From contig OZ242010.1 of the NCBI GenBank assembly GCA_965204745.1, positions 3,072,001 through 3,136,000 of the forward strand: a DNA stretch of 64,000 nucleotides, given 5' to 3'. Made by a program: the position numbers and the translations under genes. Below, in pieces: positions 55,266 to 64,000 of the stretch. The stretch comes from Candidatus Latescibacterota bacterium. GTDB taxonomy: Bacteria > Latescibacterota > UBA2968. Under the pieces are notes generated by a model. That model searched no databases. It worked only from the letters and a program-made list of their open reading frames with translations, and was not told the DNA's origin. Numbering within the stretch: the stretch's first letter is position 1; every line of letters begins with the position of its first letter.

Positions 55266-56667
55266 CGCCTTTTACCGGCACTTTGAGCACGGCGTAAAAA
55301 TTGGCGTATTGCCGACGCATTTCTCGGCGAATGATCAGGCCGACTTCGTCGCCGGGTTTCACCCCGGCCCATGCGTCTTCGTATTCTTCTATCGACCGGA
55401 TGGGTCTGCGGTTGATCTGGCGAATCACATCCCACCTCCGCAGGCCCGCCGCTTCGGCCGGGCTTCCCGATCTCACATCGGTGATGAGCATGCCGGTTTG
55501 CGCGTGATACCCCAGTTGCCGCGCAATTGCGGAGGTCAGTTCTTGAACATCCATGCCGAGGTCGGGTGCTCCCATCCCCTTTAGGGCATTAAAATCCCCC
55601 ACTGTCACGCGCAGGGTTTCGCGTTGCCCATTCCGAATCACTTCAATCGCCACCTCCGCGCCTGGCGGGGTTCGCGCAATGCGCGTGAGAAATTCATCGG
55701 CATTGGCGATCTCGCGGTTGTTTAACCCCACGATCACATCCCCGGGCTGTAGGCCCGATCGCTCGGCAAACGCGCCCACCTCTCCGATCAGCGCGCCCTT
55801 GTTCACGCTGAGGCGAAGGGCTTCGACAAGCCCTTTGCCGAGGTCTTGCACCGCCACGTCCAAATACCCGCGCTTCACCGTTCCGCGCGCGATGATTTGT
55901 TGCATGATATTGCGCGCCATGTTGATCGGCACGGCCAAGCCAATGCCCTGATTGCCCCCACTGCGCGACAAAATCGCCGTGTTGATTCCCACCAGTTCCC
56001 CGCGCAAATTCACCATTGCCCCGCCGCTGTTGCCCGGGTTGATCGCCGCGTCGGTTTGAATAAAATCCTCGTAATCCAACAGATCCAAATTGCCCCGCCC
56101 TATCGCGCTCACAATGCCGTAGGTCACGGTATGGCGCAAGCCGTAAGGATTGCCGATTGCCAGCACCCAGGCGCCGACTTTCAACTCGTCCGAATCGCCC
56201 ATCTCGAGCGCGGGCAGGTCGCGCCCGTCAATTTTGAGGACCGCGACATCGCTTTGCGGATCCGTGCCGACCAGCGTTGCGCCAAAGGTTCTGCCGTCGC
56301 TCAGTTCCACTTCAATGGCATCGGCTCGTGCGATGACGTGATCATTGGTCAAGATATACCCATCCCGCGAAACCAGGACGCCTGATCCCAAACCCTGTTC
56401 CCGCTGTTCTCGCCGATATTGCAGGCGGCCCCCAAAGAAATGATCGAAAAACGGATCGCCCGTCGATCTTCGCACCCCGACGACCACATCTCGTTTGTTG
56501 ACTATCGCCACCACGCCCGGATTGACTTCGGACGCCACCGCGGCAAAGGCTTCGCTGAATTTTTCCATTTGCGCGAGTGTGGCTCGATGGTCAGGGTCAA
56601 TGGCTGCCTCGACCTGCAAAACCATCAGCCCGACGAGCAATGTCCATGTCCATCGCAACATACTCAC
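55255..56667 (-). CDS. Do/DegQ-family serine protease with two PDZ domains
   Basis: GLGSG, TNDHV, SDVAV, QTDAAINPGNSGG. Confidence 0.92.
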   Translation of the reverse strand: MSMLRWTWTLLVGLMVLQVEAAIDPDHRATLAQMEKFSEAFAAVASEVNPGVVAIVNKRDVVVGVRRSTGDPFFDHFFGGRLQYRREQREQGLGSGVLVSRDGYILTNDHVIARADAIEVELSDGRTFGATLVGTDPQSDVAVLKIDGRDLPALEMGDSDELKVGAWVLAIGNPYGLRHTVTYGIVSAIGRGNLDLLDYEDFIQTDAAINPGNSGGAMVNLRGELVGINTAILSRSGGNQGIGLAVPINMARNIMQQIIARGTVKRGYLDVAVQDLGKGLVEALRLSVNKGALIGEVGAFAERSGLQPGDVIVGLNNREIANADEFLTRIARTPPGAEVAIEVIRNGQRETLRVTVGDFNALKGMGAPDLGMDVQELTSAIARQLGYHAQTGMLITDVRSGSPAEAAGLRRWDVIRQINRRPIRSIEEYEDAWAGVKPGDEVGLIIRREMRRQYANFYAVLKVPVKGGKR

Positions 56668-56828
56668 CTCTGTTTGTCAGTGGTCAGTAGTCAGTAGTCA
56701 GTCCCCGCCCAATCCCAATCACTGCGGACTTCGATTCACCAATTCCACCGCTTCAAATCGGATCCCTTGAAAACTATCGCCTGGCGTTGAAAGTTCCTGA
56801 ATTTATCCCGCTCCGTCAACTCAAAAGC

Positions 56829-56864
56829 AAAAGGTCGAGGTTCGCAGGGAATCTCGACCTTTTT
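56829..56864. terminator. Bidirectional intrinsic terminator
   Basis: aaaaggtcgag...ctcgacctttt inverted repeat. Confidence 0.6.
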
Positions 56865-57065
56865 GGGTCGGTCAAAGTTGAAGTTGAAACACCACACCCC
56901 CTCGTGATCGCGCCCGGTTATGACCGATAGGCAGGCATTGAGGCATTCTCGCGGTACAACCTATTTCTGACCCGTTGGCGTCACGCTTTCTATCGCCGTT
57001 TTCCATGGCGTCCTTGTCGCCCGCGAACACTTGGTCATACTTTTGCTCACGAGTTCCAAATGGGT

Positions 57066-58103
57066 TCAATCGAATTCCGAAAGTTTGACCACGCGCCCTT
57101 GGGATGCCGAGAGATCGGCTGCGAAGTTGACGCGGTGGGTTTCAAACGCGATGTCAAAATTGGTGCGCGGCATGGGTTCATTCGCCCGGATGCCATCGAC
57201 AAAGGCTTGGAACTGCGGCTCGTAGGGGTGATCGGCCACGTCGCCCGAATCGATCAGCGAGGTTTCCAGGGTGCTCCATTTGTCTTTGCTCATGCCGTGC
57301 AATTTGTGGGAGTAGATGCGGTTGTCGAGCAGGCTGCCTTCAGAGCCGACGAGGTGAATGTGGAAGTAATAGGGTTGCAAACAATCCACGCAAGAAGTGA
57401 CTTTTGCCGCATTGCCATTGGCGAATTTGAGGAGGGAGACCGTGGTGGTGTCGTACTCGTAGGGCTGGAAAATGGCGGACTTGGATTTGGTGGCCAGGCT
57501 GGTCACTTCCTCGACCTCGCCATCCATGAAGAACAGGCACGCATCGAGGGCGTGGCAACCGGCGGTGAGCAGGCTGGAGCCGGCAAAGTCTTTTTTGACA
57601 TTCCATTCAAATTGCCCGTACCAAGGGCCAATGCCGTGGTAGTAATCGACTTCGCCGTAGTGCAATTCCCCGAGCAGGCCCTCGTCGATGATGGCGCGGA
57701 TCATGGAAAAGTGCGCGCTAAAGCGGCATTCAAAGCAGACGCAGGATTGCACGCCCGCGGCGCGAATGGCATCGCGCACCCGTTTGAGGTCGTCGTAAGA
57801 CAGGCAGATGGGTTTTTCGATGATCAAGTGCTTGCCCGCTTCGGCAGCCGCGACCGCTTGGTCCGCGTGAAATTTGTGGGGCGTGCAGATGTCGATGATG
57901 TGAATGTCGGGATCCGCGATCATGTCCTCGTAATTCTTGTACGCTTTGAGGGGCAGACCGTATTGCGCGGCGAGGGCGTCTTCGCGGTGGTCGCGACGAG
58001 AACAGATCGCCGTCACACTCGCGCCATCGACCGCTTTGAACGTGTCGATGTGCGCCCCAGCTACCCAGCCGAGCCCGACGATGCCGACGTTGAGATCACT
58101 CAT
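57066..58103 (-). CDS. Gfo/Idh/MocA oxidoreductase
   Basis: GIVGLG, ICTP..H, IEKP, GCHALD; GGAGG RBS. Confidence 0.88.
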   Translation of the reverse strand: MSDLNVGIVGLGWVAGAHIDTFKAVDGASVTAICSRRDHREDALAAQYGLPLKAYKNYEDMIADPDIHIIDICTPHKFHADQAVAAAEAGKHLIIEKPICLSYDDLKRVRDAIRAAGVQSCVCFECRFSAHFSMIRAIIDEGLLGELHYGEVDYYHGIGPWYGQFEWNVKKDFAGSSLLTAGCHALDACLFFMDGEVEEVTSLATKSKSAIFQPYEYDTTTVSLLKFANGNAAKVTSCVDCLQPYYFHIHLVGSEGSLLDNRIYSHKLHGMSKDKWSTLETSLIDSGDVADHPYEPQFQAFVDGIRANEPMPRTNFDIAFETHRVNFAADLSASQGRVVKLSEFD

Positions 58104-58233
58104 AACTACCTCCGGGAATGGATTGCAGAAACATCGATGGCTACACGGGACATGAATTTGCAATTTGTGGAAAATGTCAATACAAATGAACGGCTATCAC
58201 ATTAGGATTCAAATTTTGACCAGTGCGATGGTT

Positions 58234-58395
58234 TCAGGTGTGGGTTTTGTCATAGAGCGTTTTGCCTTCTTGGAGAGCGGGATATAATACTGTGCCCACT
58301 GTGCTTCCGAATTTTTCAATCTCTTCAGGTGATGCGACAATGATGTCTTTGGGAACGTCGATGTCGTGCAGGGCCACGCAGATGGCGACGCGCCC
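58234..58395 (-). pseudogene. MNT nucleotidyltransferase C-terminal remnant (not in the ORF track)
   Basis: VALHDIDVPKDIIVASPEEIEKFGSTVGTVLYPALQEGKTLYD aligns with the C-terminus of 38524-38841. Confidence 0.65.
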
Positions 58396-58421
58396 TAAAA
58401 AACAAAGACATCAACCCCTCC

Positions 58422-58799
58422 TTATTTTGCGTTGTCGAGTTCAATGGTAACAGGTGAAAGTGATCGCCTCGCTGTCCATCGCATGATCTCAGAAGCGAGT
58501 TCGCGTTTTTCCATTTCTGAAAGTTGGCTGAATGAATCCAAGATGTTTGCGATGCTAATGTCAAGATCTCCTCGCCCAAGATCTGTTCGACTCGGTGGAG
58601 ATGGGACATCCGGCTCCTTGCCTTGCTCTCGGCAAAACGCGAGGTATTCCTCAACCGACTTTTGCATCTCTTCCCGCAGTTCCGTTACAGATGATCCGTA
58701 GAACGAAATCACGTCATGCGTATTGACCACTGTCCCGTGAAATGCGTCAATTTCCGGATCAAACGCAACCACCCCGAGATACCCCTTGTATTCAATCAT
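58422..58799 (-). CDS. hicB: HicB antitoxin N-domain with atypical (chimeric) C-terminus
   Basis: MIEYKGY...FHG.V...DVISFYG...SVEEYL..C; the usual RHH tail is replaced. Confidence 0.75.
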   Translation of the reverse strand: MIEYKGYLGVVAFDPEIDAFHGTVVNTHDVISFYGSSVTELREEMQKSVEEYLAFCREQGKEPDVPSPPSRTDLGRGDLDISIANILDSFSQLSEMEKRELASEIMRWTARRSLSPVTIELDNAK

Positions 58800-59050
58800 G
58801 GCATAACCCCTGCATGTTCGAGAAATTTTCGCAAATCTCTCACCGCCCCCTTATCCATACTTGGACTCGGATGTGGACGATGAAACACAGCCACGCGATC
58901 ATTGAGCGACACGGCAACTCTCGACCCCGCACGTTCACTCAGAACGGATCCCAAGGCTTGTAACAAGACTTCAACATCTCGCCATTTGATATTGCCCGAG
59001 ATAGGTTGCGTAAAAATTGCGTTGAGTGTTCTCCTGTGACGTTTATTCAT
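58796..59050 (-). CDS. hicA: HicA-family toxin
   Basis: IKWRDVE, GSRV, FHRPHP; ATGA overlap with hicB. Confidence 0.88.
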   Translation of the reverse strand: MNKRHRRTLNAIFTQPISGNIKWRDVEVLLQALGSVLSERAGSRVAVSLNDRVAVFHRPHPSPSMDKGAVRDLRKFLEHAGVMP

Positions 59051-59181
59051 CTGCGTACTCTATAGTGCGCCCATCCCTACGAAAATGACCGGAGCACATC
59101 TCCTCTCTCCGAATCGAGCGTCTGTTCCTCACTCACCCCTGATGTGAGACAGGATACGGACAACTCGAATGCAAGTAGCTC

Positions 59182-60471
59182 TCAGGGATGCAGGATGCGG
59201 ATGACTTGGGGTTTTGCGGTGACGGCTTGCAACGCGCCGATGCGCGTGATGGCGCGGCGCATGGCGGCTTCGGGGGCTTCGTGCGTGATCATGATCAGGG
59301 GAACGCCATCTGTTTCGGAACGGCCGTGCTGGATGACGGTTTCGATGCTGATGTTTTCATCCGCAAACAGGGCCGCAATCTGTGCCAAGACGCCGGGTTT
59401 GTCGTGAACGGTCAAGCGACAGTAACTCCCGGTTTGAATGTCGTCGGCTGGAATGAGGTCGGCTTTGGGCAGTGGTGCAAGGGGCGCGCCTGCGGGTCCC
59501 AAGTTGGCTTTGCGCCGTTCGGCGATGGCGACGAGATCGGCGACAATCGCGCTGGCCGTGGGCAATTCGCCGGCCCCTTTGCCGTAGAAGACTTGGGCAT
59601 CGACTGCGCTGCCGACAATTTCGACCGCGTTAAATTCATTGCGAATATCCGCGAGGAGCGCATCGTGAGGCACGAGGGCGGGATGTACGCGGGCTTCGAT
59701 GCGGTTGTCGATGGCGCGGGCGATGCCGAGCAATTTGATGGTGTAGCCGAGTTCGCGGGCAAAGTCGATGTCCAAAGCGGCGATGTGAGAGATGCCCTCT
59801 TTGAGCATGTCGCCGGATGAGACGCGCTGGCGGAAGGCCAAGCGACAGAGCAGGGCGAGTTTTTGGGCCGCGTCCGTGCCATCGATGTCCATCGTTGGGT
59901 CGGCTTCGGCAAACCCCTTGTCCTGTGCTTCTTTGAGCATGGGGTCAAAGTCCGCGCCGGCTTCTGTCATGCGGGTGAGGATGTAGTTGGTGGTGCCGTT
60001 GAGGATGCCGTAGAGCGATTGAATATCGTTGGCGACCAGGCCTTGGCTGAGGGTTTGGATGATGGGGATGCCGCCGCATACGCTGGCTTCAAACCCGAGT
60101 CCAACCTCGTTTTGCACGGCGGCTTCAAAGAGGCTGTCCCCGCGCTCGGCGAGCAGGGCTTTGTTCGCGGTGACGACGTCTTTGCCGGTTTGCAGGGCGG
60201 TCAGGACGAGCTCGTGGGCAGGGTCAACCCCGCCTATGACTTCGATTGCGATTTGGATGGTGGGGTCCGTGACCACGTCCATGGGGTCGGTGGTGAAACG
60301 GTCGAGAGCGATGTCGATTGCGCGGGGTTTGGACGGGTCGCGGATGGCGATTTTGCGAATGTCGAAGTCCAGTCCCCGAACGGTTTTGAGTTCGCGTTCC
60401 CGGTCGCAGAGGATGCGCGCCACGCCGCCGCCGACAACGCCCATGCCAATTAAGCCGATACCAATTGCCAC
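59182..60471 (-). CDS. hom: Homoserine dehydrogenase with ACT domain
   Basis: GMGVVG, VVTANK, FEASVCGGIP, GILNGTTNYIL, AEADP, DKPGVL. Confidence 0.95.
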   Translation of the reverse strand: MAIGIGLIGMGVVGGGVARILCDRERELKTVRGLDFDIRKIAIRDPSKPRAIDIALDRFTTDPMDVVTDPTIQIAIEVIGGVDPAHELVLTALQTGKDVVTANKALLAERGDSLFEAAVQNEVGLGFEASVCGGIPIIQTLSQGLVANDIQSLYGILNGTTNYILTRMTEAGADFDPMLKEAQDKGFAEADPTMDIDGTDAAQKLALLCRLAFRQRVSSGDMLKEGISHIAALDIDFARELGYTIKLLGIARAIDNRIEARVHPALVPHDALLADIRNEFNAVEIVGSAVDAQVFYGKGAGELPTASAIVADLVAIAERRKANLGPAGAPLAPLPKADLIPADDIQTGSYCRLTVHDKPGVLAQIAALFADENISIETVIQHGRSETDGVPLIMITHEAPEAAMRRAITRIGALQAVTAKPQVIRILHP

Positions 60472-60581
60472 GTTTACCTCGGATGGTGAAAGATAAGAAT
60501 TGTCGTGCCATTTTTTCTCGTTATATTGTTAAAGTGTATCGTAAGGGCATGCAATTGTCAAGAAAAGGATGCGAGGCCGAG

Positions 60582-61664
60582 ATGGGAAATCTGCCAAAAA
60601 CGATGCCCGCGGTGATGTGCTACGCGCCCGAGGATTATCGTTTGGAAGACTGTGCCGTGCCCCGCCTTGGCGATGGCGAGGTTTTGATTCGCGTGCAGGC
60701 GGTGGGGATCTGTGCGAGCGATTTGAAGTGTTATCAGGGGGCGCCGATGTTTTGGGGCGATGCCCACCGCGAGGGGTATTGCCAAGCCCCGATTATTCCC
60801 GGGCACGAGTTTGTGGGGGAGGTCGTCGCGCTGGGCAATGGCGCGGGTGAGAACTGCGGGTTGGCGATTGGCGACTTGGCCGTGTCCGAGCAGATTGTGC
60901 CGTGCGGCGCGTGCCGTTACTGTTTGCGCGGGCAATACTGGATGTGCATGGTACACGATATTTACGGCTTTCGCAGGGCCACGTTTGGCGCGATGGCCGA
61001 GTATTGCAAGTTGCCGGCCAAAGCGTTGAATTACCGCGTGCCAAATTCAATCCCCGTCGAGCATGCGGCGTACGTAGAACCCCTGGCCTGTGCGATCCAC
61101 GCGGTGGAACGCGGGGAGATTCAACTCCACGATACGGTGGTGATCGCAGGCGCAGGCCCGCTCGGCTTGGGCATGGTGGCTGCTGCGCGGATGAAGAGTC
61201 CGGCATTGCTGATCGCGCTGGATTTGGATGACGGGCGGTTGGAAATCGCCCGCGCATGTGGGGCGGATTTGGGGTTGAATCCGCAGGCGGTAGATGTGGT
61301 TGACGAGGTGCAGAAGTTGACCGAGGGGTACGGTTGCGATGTGTATATCGAGGCGACGGGGCATCCGGCGGCAGTGGAACAAGGGCTGCGGATGATTTGC
61401 AAATTAGGCACGTTTGTCGAGTTTAGTGTGATGCGCGAGCCGGTGACGACCGATTGGACCGTGATCGGCGATTCCAAAGAGTTGAATATCCACGGCGCGC
61501 ATTTGAGTCCGCATTGTTACCCGATTGCGATTCGAATGCTAAAACAAGGCCGCTTGCCAATGGATCAGATCGTGACGCATCAGTTGCCGCTCGCGGATTT
61601 TCACAAGGGGATCGATCTGGTGGCGGATGGCACGCAGTCGGTGAAGGTGATGTTGAGGCCGTGA
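60582..61664 (+). CDS. Zn-dependent polyol dehydrogenase (erythritol/L-threitol dehydrogenase-like)
   Basis: GICASD, GHEFVG, CxxCxxC, GAGPLG. Confidence 0.85.
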   Translation: MGNLPKTMPAVMCYAPEDYRLEDCAVPRLGDGEVLIRVQAVGICASDLKCYQGAPMFWGDAHREGYCQAPIIPGHEFVGEVVALGNGAGENCGLAIGDLAVSEQIVPCGACRYCLRGQYWMCMVHDIYGFRRATFGAMAEYCKLPAKALNYRVPNSIPVEHAAYVEPLACAIHAVERGEIQLHDTVVIAGAGPLGLGMVAAARMKSPALLIALDLDDGRLEIARACGADLGLNPQAVDVVDEVQKLTEGYGCDVYIEATGHPAAVEQGLRMICKLGTFVEFSVMREPVTTDWTVIGDSKELNIHGAHLSPHCYPIAIRMLKQGRLPMDQIVTHQLPLADFHKGIDLVADGTQSVKVMLRP

Positions 61665-61769
61665 GGAGAGAGGGGATTTTAGCCACAAAAGGCACAAAAG
61701 GCACAAAAGGTGAGCCGTGTGTAGGGGCGATGCCGTGCGGGGTTGGTCAAAACTACAAGGAGCGGGACG

Positions 61770-62228
61770 ATGATCGAAAAAATCAATGAATCGGAAATTG
61801 AGGAGAACACACGTTTGTCGCGCACGGGCAAATACGGTTCGTCCCACAAGGATATTTCCGGCGCGCTGGAAACCGAAGGGCAACCGTTTGAGGTCGAATG
61901 GGTGCGGTTGCCGCCGGGAAAGATCAATTTTCCGTGTCACGCCCATCAGGTGCAGTGGGAGTTTTATTTGGTGATCCGCGGTCAGGGCATTGTGCGGCGA
62001 GATGATCACACGTTTGAGGTCGGCGCGGGCGACGCGTTTGTCCAGCCGCCCGGCACAGCGCATCAGATTCGCAATGCGAGTGCGACAGAGGAGTTGATTT
62101 ATTATGTCATTGCCGATAATCCCGCGAGTGACCCGATCTATTATCCGGATTCGGACAAATGGTTGATTCGCCCCCCGGGCAAATTGGGGCGCGTGACCGA
62201 GGCGGCGTATTTTGATGGGGAGGAATAG
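61770..62228 (+). CDS. Cupin-domain protein
   Basis: HAH...EFY, PGTAHQ, YYPDSDK; AAGGAG RBS. Confidence 0.85.
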   Translation: MIEKINESEIEENTRLSRTGKYGSSHKDISGALETEGQPFEVEWVRLPPGKINFPCHAHQVQWEFYLVIRGQGIVRRDDHTFEVGAGDAFVQPPGTAHQIRNASATEELIYYVIADNPASDPIYYPDSDKWLIRPPGKLGRVTEAAYFDGEE

Positions 62229-62315
62229 AGGGATAGCTTTTGTTTTTTTATCGAGGAGATAGCGGCTTGGAAATAAATTGCTGACACTTGTTCACAAAAG
62301 CCGTAAGTTGTTGCT

Positions 62316-62891
62316 ATGCCTTATGTAAATACTCGCAAAGCGGTTGCTTTGCTCGGTGTTCATCCGAATACGTTGCGTAAGTGGGCGAATGACGGTCGGA
62401 TTGAGCATATTCGCAGTCTAGGCGGACGGAGACTTTACAATGTCGATGCGTTCTTGCGGGAAGAAGTTGGCGTTGCCGTTGTGTGCTATGCACGGGTTAG
62501 CAGTGATGCCCAAAAAGACGACTTGCGAGGGCAAGTTGCACTCTTGCGATCCCGTTATCCCGGCGCAGAGATCGTCAAAGACATTGGCGGGGGCCTCAAC
62601 TAAAAGCGGAAGGGACTTGTCGCCCTACTGGAACGCTTACACAGCGGAGAAAAGTTGCGAATTGTGGTTGCCCACAAAGACCGCCTTGCACGGTTCGGCT
62701 TTGAACTTGTTGACTGGCTGGCAAAGCAAAACGGGGGCGAGGTCGTGGTTCTCGACGAGTCAAAGTGTCGTCCAGAACAAGAACTCACACAGGATATTTT
62801 ATCCCTTCTCGATACGTTCTCTTGCAGGCTGTCCGGCCTCCGCAAGTACCGTGACAAAATCAAGGAAGATAAGAATCTATCCGAACGCTGA
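62316..62891 (+). pseudogene. tnpA: IS607 serine-recombinase TnpA with in-frame TAA at 62601-62603
   Basis: MerR-like HTH, YARVSS, GGGLN*KRKGL, HKDRLARFGF, DILSLLDTFSCRLSGLRKY, all in one frame. Confidence 0.88.
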
Positions 62892-63993
62892 TCAGCGCGC
62901 AAAGTTCAGGCATTGGATGGTCGCTACCCGCTGGTGGTATAACGAGGCTGTGTCATTGTACCGTGCGGGATTTTCTTTGTCTGAATACGATATGCGACGT
63001 GTTGTCCGTGCGGTGAGTCCTGCATGGTTTGCCGATGTGCCGAGCAAGATTCTTTGCGGTGCGGTCGCCGATGCTTACAAGGCAAACCAGGCGGTCTGGC
63101 GTAAGCGTAAAGCATTCGAGAAGAAAGGGATAAAGCGGAAAGTGCTCTTGCAGTTCCGTAGTCGTAAAGCACCTATCCAGTCCTTGTATTTGTGCCATGT
63201 GGCTTGGAATAAGGCATTGACGACCTTTTATCCTCTTAGCCTTGGCAATGTGCGTTTGTCTGAGCCCTTGTCAGTTGTTCCGAAGGATGGCCGTTTGGTC
63301 AGTTACAATGGCCGGTACTCTGTGACCGTGCCTCATTCAAGTCCACGGCACGTAGCCGAGAACCAAGGGCGTGTCGTGGCGCTTGATCCTGGTATTCGCA
63401 GTTTCTTGACGTTCTTTTCTGAAACAGATTGCGGTAAGATTGGCGAAGGTGATTTTGGTCGTATTCAGCGTTTGTGTATTCATCTTGACAGCTTGATCGG
63501 TCGCATGACAAAGGCCATCGGCTTTCGCAAGGTGCGTTTGAAGCGTGCCTGCCATCGCATGCGGTGGCGCATCCGAGACTTGATCGATGAACTGCACAAA
63601 CAGACTGCGCGCTGGCTGGTGGACAACTACGATGTGATTCTGTTGCCCACGTTTGAGACGACCGAGATGGTTGTGCGCGGTAAGCGGTGCCTTCGCCGTA
63701 AGTCTGTCCGCTCAATGTTGACTTTTGCCCATTATCGCTTCAAGCAGTTTCTCAAGCACAAGGCGTTTGAAACTGGCAAGTTGGTCTTGGATGTGAACGA
63801 GGCTTACACATCCAAGACAGTCAGTTGGACAGGTGAGATTGTAAAAAACTTGGGCGGAGCGAAAGTCATTCGTAGCAGAAAAGATGGTCATACCATGGAT
63901 CGAGATATAAACGGCGCACGGGGTATTTTTCTCCGTGCTTTGGTGGATACACCCAAGTTGCGGAACTGTTTGGATGCAACTTGCACTGGTTGA
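62617..63993 (+). CDS. tnpB: RNA-guided endonuclease TnpB (IS607, rearranged-RuvC clade)
   Basis: KIRIYP, ALDPG, VILLPTF, VNEAYTSK, DRDINGARGI; start uncertain (TTG 62617 or GTG 62851). Confidence 0.88.
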   Translation: MSPYWNAYTAEKSCELWLPTKTALHGSALNLLTGWQSKTGARSWFSTSQSVVQNKNSHRIFYPFSIRSLAGCPASASTVTKSRKIRIYPNADQRAKFRHWMVATRWWYNEAVSLYRAGFSLSEYDMRRVVRAVSPAWFADVPSKILCGAVADAYKANQAVWRKRKAFEKKGIKRKVLLQFRSRKAPIQSLYLCHVAWNKALTTFYPLSLGNVRLSEPLSVVPKDGRLVSYNGRYSVTVPHSSPRHVAENQGRVVALDPGIRSFLTFFSETDCGKIGEGDFGRIQRLCIHLDSLIGRMTKAIGFRKVRLKRACHRMRWRIRDLIDELHKQTARWLVDNYDVILLPTFETTEMVVRGKRCLRRKSVRSMLTFAHYRFKQFLKHKAFETGKLVLDVNEAYTSKTVSWTGEIVKNLGGAKVIRSRKDGHTMDRDINGARGIFLRALVDTPKLRNCLDATCTG

Positions 63994-64000
63994 ACACTTA

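Larger units (their letters stand above)
62257..64000 (+). mobile_element. IS607-family element (right end beyond the window)
   Basis: tnpA plus tnpB; left boundary inferred at GAGG|AGAT, shared with the 47526 element. Confidence 0.85.

Noticed and set aside
56872-57069. Small ORF or ncRNA between degQ and the oxidoreductase
   Set aside because: No recognisable motif or RNA family; only the terminator is supportable.
1-64000. tRNA, rRNA or riboswitch genes
   Set aside because: None recognised by eye; a covariance-model search (tRNAscan-SE, Rfam) would be needed to exclude them.

Overview
Bacterial chromosome segment, mostly GC-rich. The gene content suggests an FCB-group lineage such as Latescibacterota or Gemmatimonadota, possibly sponge-associated; this is inference from a TonB receptor / C-terminal sorting domain / PorV-like triad, a dockerin-like tail, four PhyH dioxygenases, sulfotransferases and a sulfatase. 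Left to right: coaX; a nucleotide-sugar cluster with a type II R-M pair inserted in it; a defence island (PIN remnant, PcfJ-like gene, AAA-ATPase plus PIN, TIR/NDT-like gene, and an EcoAI-like type I R-M whose HsdM is fused to a half HsdS); ccmBCD; three tandem sulfotransferases plus a GPP34-P450 fusion; glycan uptake and catabolic genes; several intact and broken toxin-antitoxin modules; a family of IS5-derived composite MITEs; and two IS607-type elements carrying pro-Fanzor-like TnpB. The most striking structure is a ~5.7 kb lower-GC insert (47071-52817) bounded by a 172-bp duplication. In it, small unrelated genes are separated by copies of one conserved hairpin (GGGCGACgcctattctaaaGTCGCCC), three of them preceded by a WG-repeat coding tail. 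This looks like a cassette array but has no integron, CRISPR or DGR hallmarks. All product calls come from motif recognition by eye; no database search was run.
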